Assembly: GCF_022045235.1 (NCBI RefSeq)
Contig: NW_027266289.1
Location: 3,224,001 to 3,288,000 of the forward strand
Direction: 5' to 3'
Origin: Haliotis cracherodii
Taxonomy: Eukaryota
DNA length: 64,000 nucleotides
This document shows positions 23,675-37,800 of this stretch, piece after piece. Positions within the stretch are counted from its first letter, which is position 1; each line of letters opens with the position of its first letter. Below the pieces are notes generated by a model that made no database searches, was not told where the DNA came from, and was given only the letters and a program-made list of their open reading frames with translations. The translations under genes and the position numbers were made by a program.

Positions 23675-24035
23675 AGAAGGGGCCTGTTGTCAAGATAATT
23701 GTGAAGTAGGGGACCAGTTAAGATAATTGTTAAGTAGGACCTGTTAAATTATTGTTAAGTAGGACCTGTTAAGATTATTGTTAAGGAGGTGACCTGTTGT
23801 CAAGATAATTGTAAAGTCGGGACCTGTTGTTAAGGCTATTGTAAAGGAGGGGACTTGGTATCAAGACTATTGCAAAGGACAGGACCTGTTGTCAAGATAA
23901 CTGTGAAGGGGGGCACCAGTTGTTAAAACTATTATGAAGGATGGTATGAAGGAGGGCACCTGTTGCCAAAATAGTTGTGGGGGAGGGGACCTGTTGTTAA
24001 GACTACTGTGAAGGATGGGACCTGTTGTCAAGCCT
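23675..24035. repeat. Degenerate ~33-bp repeat
   Basis: Variants of ggacctgttgtcaagataattgtgaag. Confidence 0.8.
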
Positions 24036-26135
24036 GCTTGATATGAGGGGAATTTGGAGTCCAGCATATTGCACATTAACCCTGTCTACTGAGGTCCCGG
24101 AATGACTGGAAACTGTAAATGCTGACCTCAAACAAGACTAGAATCACTCACTTCAATCTTCCAGTCACAAAAAATTAGAAACTAAATCAAATACTGAATA
24201 TTTCCGACTTGTTCCTTGAAGCACCAGTAGCCTGTGATCACCTCCCACTTGTGTCTGTTACATAATGGCTGAGTAAACAGAGATGACATCTAATGGAAGT
24301 ACCTGCACAGTGGAATACTGAGGAGCATTGTTTGAAATAATGTCAAAACCCAAGACAGTCAGGCAGGTGACCCATAAGTGTTGCCTGCCCATCTTCAAAG
24401 TTACCTGCCCCACTCAGACTGTGAATAATTACTTGAGGATCACAAGGAGTTATGATAAAAATGAAAACGTAAGTTGTCTTAAAGTTATCTGCCAGACAGT
24501 CGGGTAGGTTGAGAAATATTTCACACAACCTAACAGAAAAGATTCCAGCCATGAGCAGGCGGGCAGGCAGTTATATCAGACACTGCTTAAGAGTAAACTC
24601 GGGGGGGGGGGGGGGGAGTTTAATGTGCATCACCAAACATTTTGTCAATGCATGCATGTTATAACAAGTAGAAGTAACAGCAGAAGCTGACAGGATGAAG
24701 ACTGTGAGGGGGCAACACATGTCAACTGACGGGATGGGAGTCGGTGCGGGGTGCATGTTGTGGGCCTAAACACGAACACTGACCAGAGGTGCACACACAG
24801 AAAATGCATAACTGTATTTATTGTAGAGAGACTAGGCATGTCTGACGGGGATCTGATGGTGTACAGGATATCAGTAAAGCAACAGCTAGTTCTCTGGCTT
24901 GTCATTCTGTGAGTAAATGTCAGTAGTAATGGGGACACATTTTCACAACAAATATTTTCACAAAGCAAAGACAATAATAATCTGCAATGAATGCTTGATG
25001 TGACACTGAGTGTCACATTGTTACACAGTGTCATGATTTCATCAGCTAGATGTGTCACTGAGTGTCACATTGTTACACAATCATCTGCTCGATATAGTCT
25101 TGGAACCTCCACAACACATAGTATATTATAAACACACTTGATCTCCTGCTGGTAGCGCAGCTGTCTCTGTTCAGGATAGCACCTTCGTGTCAGCTTGTCA
25201 CTACATTCTTCATATGCAAATACAACAGGACACGTGTCACTAAACCGTCACATGTCCTTACAGCTGTCACGAGTCACTACAGCTGTCCCATGTCACTAAA
25301 GCTGTCACTACAGCCATCACTACTGTTGTCATTTGTCACTAAAGCTGTCTCATGTCACTACAGGTGATGAGGACGAGACACGTTCCGGCAGCTACACGCA
25401 GGAGGTGGTACTGTACACAGGTTGAGGTGTATGTACACAGCTATGTACAGGGTATGTACAGGGGCACGTTATGTACACTTGGTGATTGTCCACCATCGTC
25501 AACGTCACACAATAAATAAACACACGGAAGCAACAAGCAGGAGCCGGCTTGGTCCTTGAGGCAGAACAAGATGCCAGTACATACAGCTAGAAGACATCAG
25601 GTGCAAGCATCGGCGTGGAGGATGTCAGGGACTTATCAAACAGCACTAAAACACCACTTGATTGTTTACATAACAGGTAAAGCCAGTTGCCAGTCTGCCC
25701 AAGCATATGTCTGTCCACATTGAAAGCAGAGGTCCACAGTTCACACACACTGCCCTGTCTGTACAAATAGCAGTCAACAGGCAGAGGAACACAGTTCAGA
25801 GGCTGGCAATGTCATTCCACTGCCTAAGGCAATCATCAGCAGAGTGACATAGTTCCACACAGGTATCATTGAACCGGTGTCACAGTGTCAACAGGTGTCT
25901 GCCACACAGGTAACATAGTACTCACAGTTGTCATAGTACAGGCGTAATAGTGTCACAGTTGTCTGTCACATAGGTAACATAGTACCTCACAGTTGTCATA
26001 GTGTCAAAAGGTATCTGCCACACAGGCAACATAGTACCTCACAGTTGTCATAGTACAGGCGTAATAGTGTCACAGTTGTCTGTCACATAGGTAACACGGT
26101 ACCTCCCAAGTTTCATTGTACCACACAAGTGTCCT

Positions 26136-29100
26136 TCACACAGTTGTCACCATGCATGGCCGTTTGTTTTCTTCCTCTACACTGTTTTCGTCTATCTTCA
26201 TTGAGTTATTCAGATATGATTGTCTTCTTCTTGCCAGCAACATTTCAGTTTTTGTGGCATGTTTAGAGCCAAGAGCTGGAAGACCTGATCGTTTGTTGTC
26301 TGTGATCACGATGTCGGTTGTCACCTCTGACCTGTTGTTCTGGACCACTGGTGGTTGTTCTGGTTTGGGAGCAGCGGGCGGGCTGTAGTTAAATGGCGGA
26401 ACTATGGCGGAGGGGCTGGTGCGTGACTCTTGCCACAGAGTTCCTGCCTTGGGGTTGGCGAGCAGATTGCGGCAGTTCTCCGTCAACTTCGCCTCCTCTT
26501 TGCCCTTCTTGTCCTTTCCCTGTTTCTGAGAACCAAAGATTTTGCTTAGGCCTGGTTTCTTTCCAAACAGCGTCGACTTGATGCTTTGAGCAACAGACTT
26601 GCCCTCCTTTTTGGAGCTTTTAGATTTTGATTTTCCATCCTTCTTGCTGTCCCGCTTGACCCAGATCTGCGGCTCACCAGTTGGAACTGAGCTCATCTCA
26701 TCAGGGTATCTCCGCCACACATTCCCCGGCGTACTGTCATCACACGATTGGTTGACAATGGTGGACAAGGAACTAGGCACCGAGCGACAGGTTTCGTCTG
26801 CGTTGGGCAGTGTGAGAGATCCTTCTGCTCTCTTCTTCTTCCAAGTGCCACTGTTGACAGGCAGGGAGTGCATGGAGATGTCGTCCAGCGAGTCGACGGA
26901 GCAGGAGAGGCTGGACATGCAGCTGTTGTCGTACAGGAGGGTGGAGTCTGACTTGTCGCCGATTCCATTGACGGACACATGGATGTTGTCAGCTGTCACA
27001 CAGTGATTCAGCTGGGTCAGGGATGGACTCTCCTGGAAGGCTGTGTTCAGATCAGTGTCAAGGTCATCCTCCACATCCACTACATCAGAGGAAGGGACAC
27101 TGCCGGCATCCAGGTCGGCAGTGATCTTGTCATATGTGCTACTTTTAGTTATACCCTCTTTAGGAGCTTGTTCAGTGGCAAGAGAGTCTGTTCGTTTAGG
27201 TGGTGGTGGCTTGTTGGCTCGGGGCTTGCCACTGGGTGCCGGGAGATTGCTGGGTTTTGGAGGGGAGCGTTTGGTCTTGGCTGCTGCAGCAGAAACAGGA
27301 AGTCTGGAAGCTGTTGCTGATGGAGGAGAGTCCCCATCCTCCTTCTTCCACAGAGTAGCAATCTTACTGGGCACCTGCTTCTTCCCGCCAACCGGTGGCT
27401 TCTTGTCAGAAGTGGGCGTGGCCACCTTTTTGTCTCCAGCAGCTGACAAAGTCTTATTCGGTGATGCTCCCTCACTCTTCCTGCCTCCGACACTAGTATT
27501 AGACGAACGCCTTCCAACTGGTGTTGTAGGCCTGGAATTAGTCTTCAGACTAGCACTACTATCAGATTTCTTAAGTTCTGACTTGCCTTCCAGTCTCTTG
27601 AGGTTGGAGGCTGAGCCACCCCGATTGAGAGATGTTCCGCTGCTGGTTTTGCAAAGGCTGGACCCACTCTGGGTCTTGGTGAGGCTTGTTCCGCTGCTCG
27701 TCTTGCGCAGGTTGCCACCACTTCCAGACTTGTTCAGGTTGCTCTTGCTGTTACTTCTTGGTGGAGTTGTCTGTCCCTGGACTGGACGAGCAAGGTTAGA
27801 AGGCTTCTTACCAGCCAAGGACGTATTTGGAGTTCTTTTCACCGAGCCTGACCCATCGTTTCTCTGCATTTGAATTTGTTTGTACCGTGCATCATAGCTG
27901 TTCTCTTGCGAGGTGTCTACCATGAAGTTAAAACCATCCAGAGCTTTACTCCAAGCCTCATGTTGGCTTCCTCCAGAATTCCTATTGGAACCTCCAGAAT
28001 GACGCTGATTCTGAGATGGGGAGGATTTCTTTTCTCTCAGCTTCACGGACTCCGGGTTGGTCTTGTTGGCATTGTGGTCCATGTCTATTGTAGGTGCACT
28101 CACAGATGCAGTGTCCTTAGTGAAGGTCCCCTGTTTGATGAGGGGCTTAGGTCTGTCAGTCTTAGTCTTGGCTGCGTTGTCTTTGGAGGACTGTAGCTTT
28201 GACTGAGGACTAGTTTTAGCTAGAGGTGACCTTGGAATGCTGGATGTTGAGTTGCTCCTGTTGGTAGCTGCAGGGCTGCGAGACTGACGCCTATTAGCAG
28301 CAGTTTTGTTGGGTGTGCTGCTGGCACTGGGACCCTGGGTCTGAGATCGAGGAGACACCTTCTTCACCCCAGTGGTCTGGTTCTGAGACTTGGCAACCGG
28401 AGATCTGCTGTTGGTGACTGGACGTGCACTGTGGCTGCTCACTTCTGATCTTGTTGTCGATGTTGACTTGACCGATGAAGCAGAGGACCTGCTACTGGTG
28501 GTGTAAAGAGGTTTTCTGCGTCCTCTCACAGCAGTTGGGTCCCCTTTGGGCGGAGTTCGGTTTAAGTTTTCTTTGCCAGGTTTAACTATCTTTGGTCGTT
28601 TCTGTGATGCCACTGATCCCTCTGCCTGTGAGATGGTGGAGCCAGAGTACTCACTGACCTTCTCTGAGGTGTTGGACCACGACACGGAGATCTCCGACGC
28701 TGTGTCCGAGGTGTAGTCATTAGAAACAAGTGACAGTGTCTCATTCTCAATAAACATGTCCTCGTCACATACACTGCCAGACATCTGGTTTGTGGACAGC
28801 TCCGACACAATCAAGCTGGCATTTTCTTCGAGTAACAGAATATCTTCAGGTGAGATTTCTTCCTCAAACGAGCTGGAGGTGTCTCGGTTGTTCACGATTG
28901 TCTCATCGGCAAAGATGTTTCTGACAACAGTAGTGTCTGCCTCGTTCCCTGACACCTCAGACTCGTCCATCATCCCATCCTCATCTGTGTGGATTTCTTG
29001 GGGGAAGGAAGTGTTCATCACATCATCACAACTGCCCTGGGACTGGGTGAGAGCCATCTTCATAATAAAGCTGTCATTGAGGTGGGACTTCTCGCTGTCG

Positions 29101-32100
29101 ATTTTCTCCGTCATGGAGTCTGTAACTGCCGAATCGCAGCTCGCCGTGAGCAGCTTCTCACGCAATGCCCTCGCCTCCTCCAACATGCGGTTATCAAATG
29201 ATGCAGTCGTCTCCTCCACCGCGTCAGCAGACCCTCGAAAGGGCCGGTTGAGTTTGGCGATCTCACTGTTAGAACTATCTTTCTTCGCCTTGACAAAGTA
29301 TTCACTGTCCTGGGAGTGAGACCGCTTCCAGCCGAAGCGCGAGTTGTGTGTGTGTTGTGAGGACTGAGTGTTCCAGGAGCTGGCTAGAGATTCCTGAGTG
29401 CTGGACGACTGAGACACCCTCTGTATCTCCCCTGCATCGGAGCAGCTGTAGGACATGGCCTTGCTGCCAGGCTTCTTGAACACACCCTCATCCATTGAGT
29501 CATCTGACCTCATTTCCAGGGACGTACTCTTCGACAACTTCTTGTCACTCTTAACTTTACCCCCAATTGACCGTCTAGATTTGTCCTCCCCACGACTGAT
29601 CCGACTCTTTGGCATCGCTGAGCTGATACACTCGTCTAGCAGAGCCTGTTCTGAGGGTGTGGGGTCAAAGGCTGTGGATTCAATGCTGAGCTCACTGAGA
29701 GAGCTGTTTCGTGAAAAGACAGTTGGAGTGTCCTCCACCTTGAAAGGCACACGCTGGTCTGTGATCACAGTGGTGTCCGATGTGGGTTTGTTTGGTTCTG
29801 GGCTGTGTAAAGAGCTGAGTGAAGAGTTTCGGGAGAAGCACATGGGCGTGTCCTCCATTGCATACCGCTTGTAGTTGTCCTCACTGTCCTTGGTATGATC
29901 GATGATGACGCTGCTCTCCTCACTGGACTGCCCCACGACATGTCTCTCTTTGGGTAGCGAGCTGGAGCTGGAGCTGACTGTGTCCGACACCTCGCCATGC
30001 TTTTCCACAAGACCCTGCACGTCTCCGCTCAGCATGCTAAGTTCACTCAGTGAATCGTTGCGAGAGAACACCAGCGGCGTGCCTTCCACTTGATACACTT
30101 GTGGAGAGTCCATTGAGTCCCCTCCATAGAACACAGAGTCATCTATTTGACCTTGGCAAGCCGAAGTCATATTGGAAACCTTATGTGCGCTTGTCTCAGA
30201 AAGCCTGAATCTGGCTGCATCATCCACGGAATCAATAGTCAGATCGCTTAGTGACGTAGCATTCGAAAAGTTGAGAGGTGTCCCCTCAACAGCATAAGAT
30301 TTCACGGTATCGGCTGCTTCACAGGGTTTGGATGTAGCCTGTGGTGGAGGTTGGGTGGCAACACTTGATGTTCTCTGTGGCTGGAAGGCAGCTGGAGCTC
30401 CAAGCAACTGTCGGACGTTTGGAGCAACTTGAGCTGCTGGGATTTTAGAAGACGATGATGGCGGTGAGTGTTTGATGTGTGGTATAACTTGGGATGCAGG
30501 TTTTCGGTTGATATCCTCGGCACCTTCGGCCTGACGGTCCATGTCCAAACGCCTTGCTACTTTACTTTTGGGCATGGCTGCTTGGATGACCTGCGACACA
30601 AGCAGTTCCTCAGTTTCCTCGCACAGGGAGCTGTTGTCAGATGTGATGTCGGAAGTCATGTCCTCCACCGCCGGAGCTGGTGACTGCTTCATGGACGTCT
30701 CATCAAAGGACAGCGAGCTCAGGTCACTCACTGAATTAGCATTGGAGAAGTTGAGTGGTGTTCCTTCTGTGGCGTACGTCTTGACTGTGTCAGAGTTGAA
30801 GTCAGGTGAGTAGCTGTCCACGTCCAACTGACTTGTTTGTCTGGGGGTCGACTGCTGCTGGATGTCGCTCACATATTGCAGCTGATGAGGTGTGGAGACT
30901 GTTGGCACCACAGGGGGCTTGTTGGGTGTGAGTTGAGGTCGGGGCTGAGGTCCTACAGAGCGGGATCCTCCTGTCTGGGGCGTCTGCTGAAGGCGGTTGT
31001 TCTGAGGGCCTCGAGGTGTTTGAGGTCCTCGGTTGGGTCCACCACGTGGAGTCTGTGGTGACCTGGGAGCAGGTTGAGCTAATTGTGATGTAAGTGATGA
31101 TTTGGTTGTACTCTGAGCTATACGGGAACCTGTCTTCCTGTCATCAAGTTTGCTGGGTGTCAGGGGGACAGTCTTACCAGGAGGACTTAATTTTCCGGCA
31201 GGAGATTTCGGGTCTTTACGAGTGAGTTTGTTGACAGCTGTGGGAGATTTGGAAGCTTGTGCTGCGATATTTGTCACTTTCGTTGGAAGCTTGGATTTGG
31301 TAGCGGATCCTAGGTTATCAATCTTTGGCACACCAGACTTCTTTTTGATTGCATTGTCTGACGAGCTTTTTCTCATTTTGCGACTGGAGTTATTTGGCAC
31401 TGGCATAGCGGAGCTGATGCACTGAGCTAGGATGTCCTCTTCTCCCTCAGACACCTCCGACATGGAAGAGTTCTCTTCATTCAAGTGGTTGGAAGCCTTC
31501 GTATCTTCAGATGTACTGTCATCCTGGCTGGGGTCAGTCTTCTTTCCTCCAGCCTCATCATCGATTGTTAGAGCACTGAGCATGCTGTGTGTGTCGGACA
31601 TGGTGGGTGGAGTGCCTTCATCTGCGTATACCACAGGGGCCTCCATTTTGCTGACTACAGACAGGTTGTCTGCGGCTATCAGGGCTGCCAGGCTGGACAC
31701 AGGTGGGGCTACATCAGAATCACACGCGATCTCCTCTGTGAAGTCTTCAGGTTTTTGCTCCAGGTCTGCCTTTTCTTCCTGTGGCTCTGGTTTGGGACTT
31801 GTAGGCATTGTTTCACTGGGGGAGTCCGGGAGTTCGCTGGGTGACACAACCTCGCTTGCACGCCTACTGTACTCACTGATCACCGAGCTGTGCACAGACT
31901 GAGTATCAAAACTGCTGAGAGACCCCAGCGAGCTGCAGCGGGAGAACATCAGTGGGGTCTCCTCCACATGGTGGTGATCATCAAATGTCACTGTCTTGTG
32001 CTCCTTCTCCACCACTTCCGCCGTCCCTGGTGTGGTAGATCCGGCTGTTCCAGGTGTTGTAGATCCTGCAGTCCCAGGCATGGCAGATCCGACCGTCCCA

Positions 32101-34831
32101 GATGTTTTGCTTGTCTTCCTGGCCTCGGAGTTCTCGATTACTGATGTGGACATTGCCTCTCCCTTCTCTGACTCCTCTATGCTGGAGAGGACAAGCTGAT
32201 GGCGACCTACATGGGACTCAGGGAGATCCCGAGCTTCACTGCTGTGCAGGCTGCTGAGAGAGCTGACCCTGGAGAAGCAGACTGGCGTCCCCTCTTCACA
32301 GTACGTCTTGGGTTGGTCCATGGGCACGTCCCTCGATGTGGGGGAGTGGAAAGTCTGCTCAAGTGCTCCCTCTGCAGCCTCTTCCTCCTCAGGGTTGGTA
32401 CTGCTGGAGTCTTCGACCACAGCAGGCCCTGGACCAGATTTGGCTGTGCTAGAAGCACAATTTGGTTCTTCAAATGTGTTGCTGTAGTCCTTCGTTTCAT
32501 CCTCCGCTTCCTCACACTCTTTCTTAGGCTCAGCTTCTTCTTTGTATTGAATCTTGCCGGTGAGGTCTGTAAGTGATGTGGCAGTGGACAGGTATGGTGT
32601 CCCTTCTGTGCAGAATGTCTTCACCTGGTCATCCGTGAAGAAGCTGGGCATGTACTCATCCAGCCTCTCATTGGTCCTGCGTGCTTCCTCCAGCTTGCAG
32701 TCAGCACAGTGGGGGTCAGACTCCTCGTACGGCGTGCTGGAATCTGTCTCAGCCTCCTGGTATCGTACATTGGGTTCAGGCTGGTGATACCGTTGGCCTG
32801 GTTCAGCCTCCTGGTATCGAACATTGGCTTCAGGTTGGTGATACCGTTGGCCTGGGTCAGCCTCCTGGTATCTTACACTGTAGTTGATTGGTTGATCCTG
32901 AAACGTTTCTTCTACATTCTCTGCATAACGGAGACTGAAGTTGGTCGGCTGGTCGTCCATGTCGATGTCGGTCTCAGCGTATGCTCCATATTGCGTTGGG
33001 ATGCCCTGGTGAGCTCCAACATTGCGGTGACGAGGCTCGTACACGTTGCGAGCGTTGTGCGGTGCTGGGAAGCGGTTGTGCACCATGTTTGGCATAGCTC
33101 TTGGTACCATTGTGGAGCCAACAAAATTGCCAACTTTGACCTGAGGTCGATTATTAAGCTGGTCACCACGACTACCACCAGCTCCAACATCCTGGTACTT
33201 TAGGCTGTAGTTGATTGGCTGTTCATCTCCCTCCCCAGCTCCAGTGTCACCCACATCGACATTGTTCCTCTTGGGGCCAATGTACATCTCCTTAGCATTA
33301 GGGAGGTAGTTAAAAGGCTTCTTACCAAATTGTTCAATGAGGCTTCTTTGAGGACCATTGAAGTTACCTCCCTTGATCTGAGCGGACTGATATGCCAGAG
33401 CGCGAACATTGCGAGGACCTTGTTGAGATTCAGGTTCAGCTGTTGAGTTGGCTGGTAGACCAGCATGCATTGCAACTTCCTGCATCACTTGGAGTATCCG
33501 ACTGTTTGGTGCTCCTCCTATTCGGGTTCTGTCCACAGCGCACCCGTCTGAGTTGAACCTGTGCAATCCTCCTCCATCTCTCTTCCTCTCCAGGCTGCCA
33601 GCCTGACGTTCATGCAGTAGGCGTGAGCTCTTGGCCAGCATGGTGTGTGCCCGTGACCGGTCATGGGAGATGTCAGAGTGAGTGCTGCCCACGCTGTCCT
33701 GACTGCCAGACCGTGCAACCCTCTGTGGGGACCGCAGTTTGCCGTCCACTCCGGCGCTGTCCGTACTCCCTGACCTAGGGAACATGTGACCTCGCATCAT
33801 GGGTCGGCGAGGTTCTGTGTCGGCCACGGGGAACACCACGACGTTGTCCCCAGAGTACCGGCGTGTGTAGGCATTGTCCTTCTTGGTCTCAGTTGGACTG
33901 CTCCGCGGACTCTCCACATTCTCACAGGTTTCCGCCAGGTTTTCATCCAACTCCTGTTCTAGTGCTCTGACTTTCCTGGCATGAAGTCCTGGACGGTTCG
34001 ACCCAGAGACCCGGTCAAGGTCAAGGTTCTTCATGGCTGGGCGGGCTGATAGGAGATTCTTGAGGGCAGCAGCACTTCCCATGGATATCATCTTGTGTTT
34101 TGAGTGCACCAAGTTCCTCAGCATGCTGACTGCACCCATCTCCCACAAGGCCTGCTGGTCCTCCTGGCATCGGGCTGACAGGTTCCACAATGTCCCACAC
34201 GCGTTGCTCACAATCGTCAGGCTCGTGGAGCGCAGATGCTTGAGCAGGAGCTGCAGGCAGCTGTGTTGCCGCAACACCTTGCGGTAGTCCTCCCTCACGG
34301 CGATGTGACTGGACACATTGCGGAGGATGCCCCCGCCGTTCTCTATGATGGCGAGTGTCTTGGAGGGGCTCTTATAGGTGAGCATGCTGACCAGGAATTC
34401 CAGCGCCCCTGACACAGCACAGATGTCCGCCTTGTTCTCTGTGCAGTGGGCAGACAGGTTCCACAAGGCACTTAGAATACTTTTCAGTGTGGACTCCTTC
34501 TTCACTTGCATAGCAGCTGCCATCAGCGTGGTGACAGCATTCACCTCACGGAGAGTCTTTTTACTGGCGAGGTCGGCGCGCCAAGACAAGTTGCGTAACA
34601 CGCTTGCAGCTACCTGACACAGGTCTTCATTCGGGGAACCGAGCTGGGCCACCAGGCCCTCCATCGCACCCTTCATGGAGCACAGCAATGCCTTGTTGGT
34701 CCCATCGCCGAACGTCAGGTTGGTCAGAGCCATGCACGCGTATCGCCTCATGGTGATGTTGTATTGCTCTGTGGTAGGGCCGTGGGCGTCGTGGTCCACC
34801 TCCAGCAGCTCAGCGATAGCCTGCAGACCAC
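26136..34831 (-). CDS. APC: APC terminal giant coding exon (ARM repeats, 15R/20R/SAMP repeats, basic region, PDZ-binding end)
   Basis: Acceptor ttgttgcag|GTGGTCTG (AG at 34832-33). Uninterrupted ORF (2887-aa ORF in the track) ending CMVTTV, TGA at 26136-38. Confidence 0.97.
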
Positions 34832-37800
34832 CTGCAACAAAGATGTTCGGTGAAGGGGTGGGACAATCTAGAATGTACAGTTAGACCATCTCGAATGTGC
34901 AGTTAGACCATCTGGAATGTACAGTTAGACCATCTAGAATGTACAGTTAGACCATTTCGAATGTACAATTAGACCATCTGGAATGTACAGTTAGACCATC
35001 TGGAATGTACAGTTAGACCATCTAGAAAGTACAATTAGAACCATCTAGAAAGTACAATTAGATCATCTGGAATGTACAATGAGGCCATCTGGAATGTACA
35101 ACTAGACCATCTGGAAAGTACAGTCAGACCATCTAGAAAGTACAATTAGATCATCTGGAAAAAACACTTAGACCATCTCGAATGTACAGTCAGGCCATCT
35201 AGAATGTACAACTAGACCATCTAGAAGGTACATTAGACCATCTGGAATGTACAATTACACCATCTAGAAAGTACAACTAGACCATCTAGAAGGGACATTA
35301 GACCATCTGGAATGTACAGTTAGACCATCTGGAATGTACAAATAGGCCATCTGGAATGTACAATCAGACCATCTGAAAAGAATAATTAGACCATCTAGAA
35401 AGTACAATAAGCCCATCTAGAAAGTACAATTAGATCATCTGGAATGTACAATTAGACCATCTGGAATGTACAGTTAGACCATCTGGAATGTACAATCAGA
35501 CCACCTAAAGAGAACAATAAGACCATCTAGAAAGTACAATAAGATCATCTGGAATGTACAATGAGGCCACCTGGAATGTACAGTCAGACCATCTGGATTG
35601 TACAATTAGATAATCTGGAAAAAACAGTTGGACCATCTGGAATGTACAGTCAGACCATCTGGATTGTACAATTAGATCATCTGGAAAAATCCGAGACCAT
35701 CTGGAATGTACAATCAGACCGTCTGAATGTACAATGAAACCATCTGGAATGTACAATCAGACCATCTGGAATGTACAATCAGACCATCTAGAAAGTACAA
35801 TTAGATCATCTAGAGGTGAGGTGAAATTGGGTTTAACGTCGCGTCCAAGATTATTGCACTTATATAGCGACGTGCATGCATGTGTATGTGTGTGTGTGGC
35901 TGCTTGTACTAGTCCGGGCTGATGCCGATTTATAGTGCTAGCTCACTGAGATACCATGCCGCAGTTTAACATGAATACCCCACTCAGACACAGTATACTG
36001 ACTCCGAGCCGACCAGTCCTTGTTTTAGCCCCTTAATGCCGAGCGCCAGACAGGGTAACAACAAGTACAATCTTTTAACGTCTTTTTGTATGACGCGGCC
36101 CGGGATCGAACCCTGGACCTTCCGCTCTCCGGGCGGACGCTCTACCACAGGACCACGGAGGCGGTCAGATCATCTAGAAAGAACACTTAGACCATCTGGA
36201 ATGTACAATTAGACCATCTAGAAAGAACAATTAGACCATCTAGAAGGTACAATTAGACCATCTACAATGTACAATCAGACCATCTAGAAAGTACAATTAT
36301 ACCATCTAGAAAGTACAATTTGACCATCTAGAAAGTACAATTAGACCATCTAAAAGGTAGAATTAGACCATCTAGAAGGTACAATTAGACCATCTAGAAA
36401 GTACAATTAGACCATCTGGAAGGTACATTTGGACCATTTCATAATCTGGGGGTGACAGAATTTTTCTTATCAAGATTACATATTTTTTTAATTAAAAACT
36501 ATGAGCCTGAACTTTTTATAAAGAATAACAACAATATAATTTTTCGGGTAACTATTCTCTTTTTTTTCAACAGTCTGAAGCATAATTATTATTTTCAAGA
36601 GTTTTCTGGGGACAATACATTTGTTTGGATAAAATCCCAGGGTATTTTAAAATAAAATATGAAATGGTCGGTCGGTCCCTTAGACCATCTGGGATGTAGA
36701 GTCAGACCATCTGGGATGTAGAGCTGGTCTTACCTAGTGTGCAGATAGCGTGACGGTGCTCCTCGTCGAAGGACAGCTTCATAAGAGCAGCTATGGCTGG
36801 CCCAGGATGATGGTCAATGTCTGAGGGTCGGGCTGCTGCAACAGGAACAGGAACAAGTTCAGGATGAGGTCTACCCACATACATCTACCCACAGGACATC
36901 GAAACACAGGATGTCTCCCCACCGGATGTCTACCCACAGGACATCTACCCACAGGACGTCTACCCACAGGACATCTACCCACAGGATGTCTACCCACCGG
37001 ATATCTACCCACAGGACATCTACCCACATGACGTCTACCCACATGACGTCTACCCACAGGACGTCTACCCACATGACGTCTACCCTCAGGATGTCTACCC
37101 ACATGACATCTACCCACAGGATGTCTACCCACAGGACGTCTACCCACAGGACATCTACCCACAGGACATCTACCCACAGGATGTGTACCTACAGGACGTC
37201 TACCCACAGGATGTGTACCTACAGGACGTCTACCCACATGAGGATGTCTACCCACAGGACGTCTCCCCACATGAGGATGTCTACCCACAGGATGACTACC
37301 AACATGACTTCTACCCACAGGACCTCTACCCACATGTTGTTGTCTACCCACAGGACGTCTACCCACATGATGTGTACCTACAGGACGTCTACCCACAGGA
37401 TGTCTACCTACAGGACATCTACCCACATGAGGATGTCTACCCACAGGACGTCTACCCACAGGACATCTACCCACATGAGGATGTCTACCCACAGGACATC
37501 TACCCACATGAGGATGTCTACCCACAGGACTTCTACCCACAGGACCTCTACCCACATGAGGTTGTCTACCCACAGGATGTCTACCAACAGGACTTCTACC
37601 CACAGAACCTCTACCCACATGAGGATGTCTACCTACAGTAGGACGTAACCCTCCTCCCACAAGTCGCCTACCTCCACTGCCTGGCTTGTTGTTCTTTGGT
37701 TCGTCTTCTTCCTCGGAGTTATCTCCCCTCAGTTGGTCACAGTGTGCTCTGATTTGTTCCAGGAGCCTGAGGACACGAGCCTCACGCCGACCCCGCTTGT

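Noticed and set aside
26116-34884. Many plus-strand and alternate-frame ORFs overlapping APC
   Set aside because: Shadow ORFs of the long Ser-rich coding exon, with no recognisable domains.
36791-37671. GRHPV-repeat extension of the 377-aa ORF
   Set aside because: Read-through into a repeat-filled intron. The intron is 836 nt, so retention would frameshift before the ARM domain.
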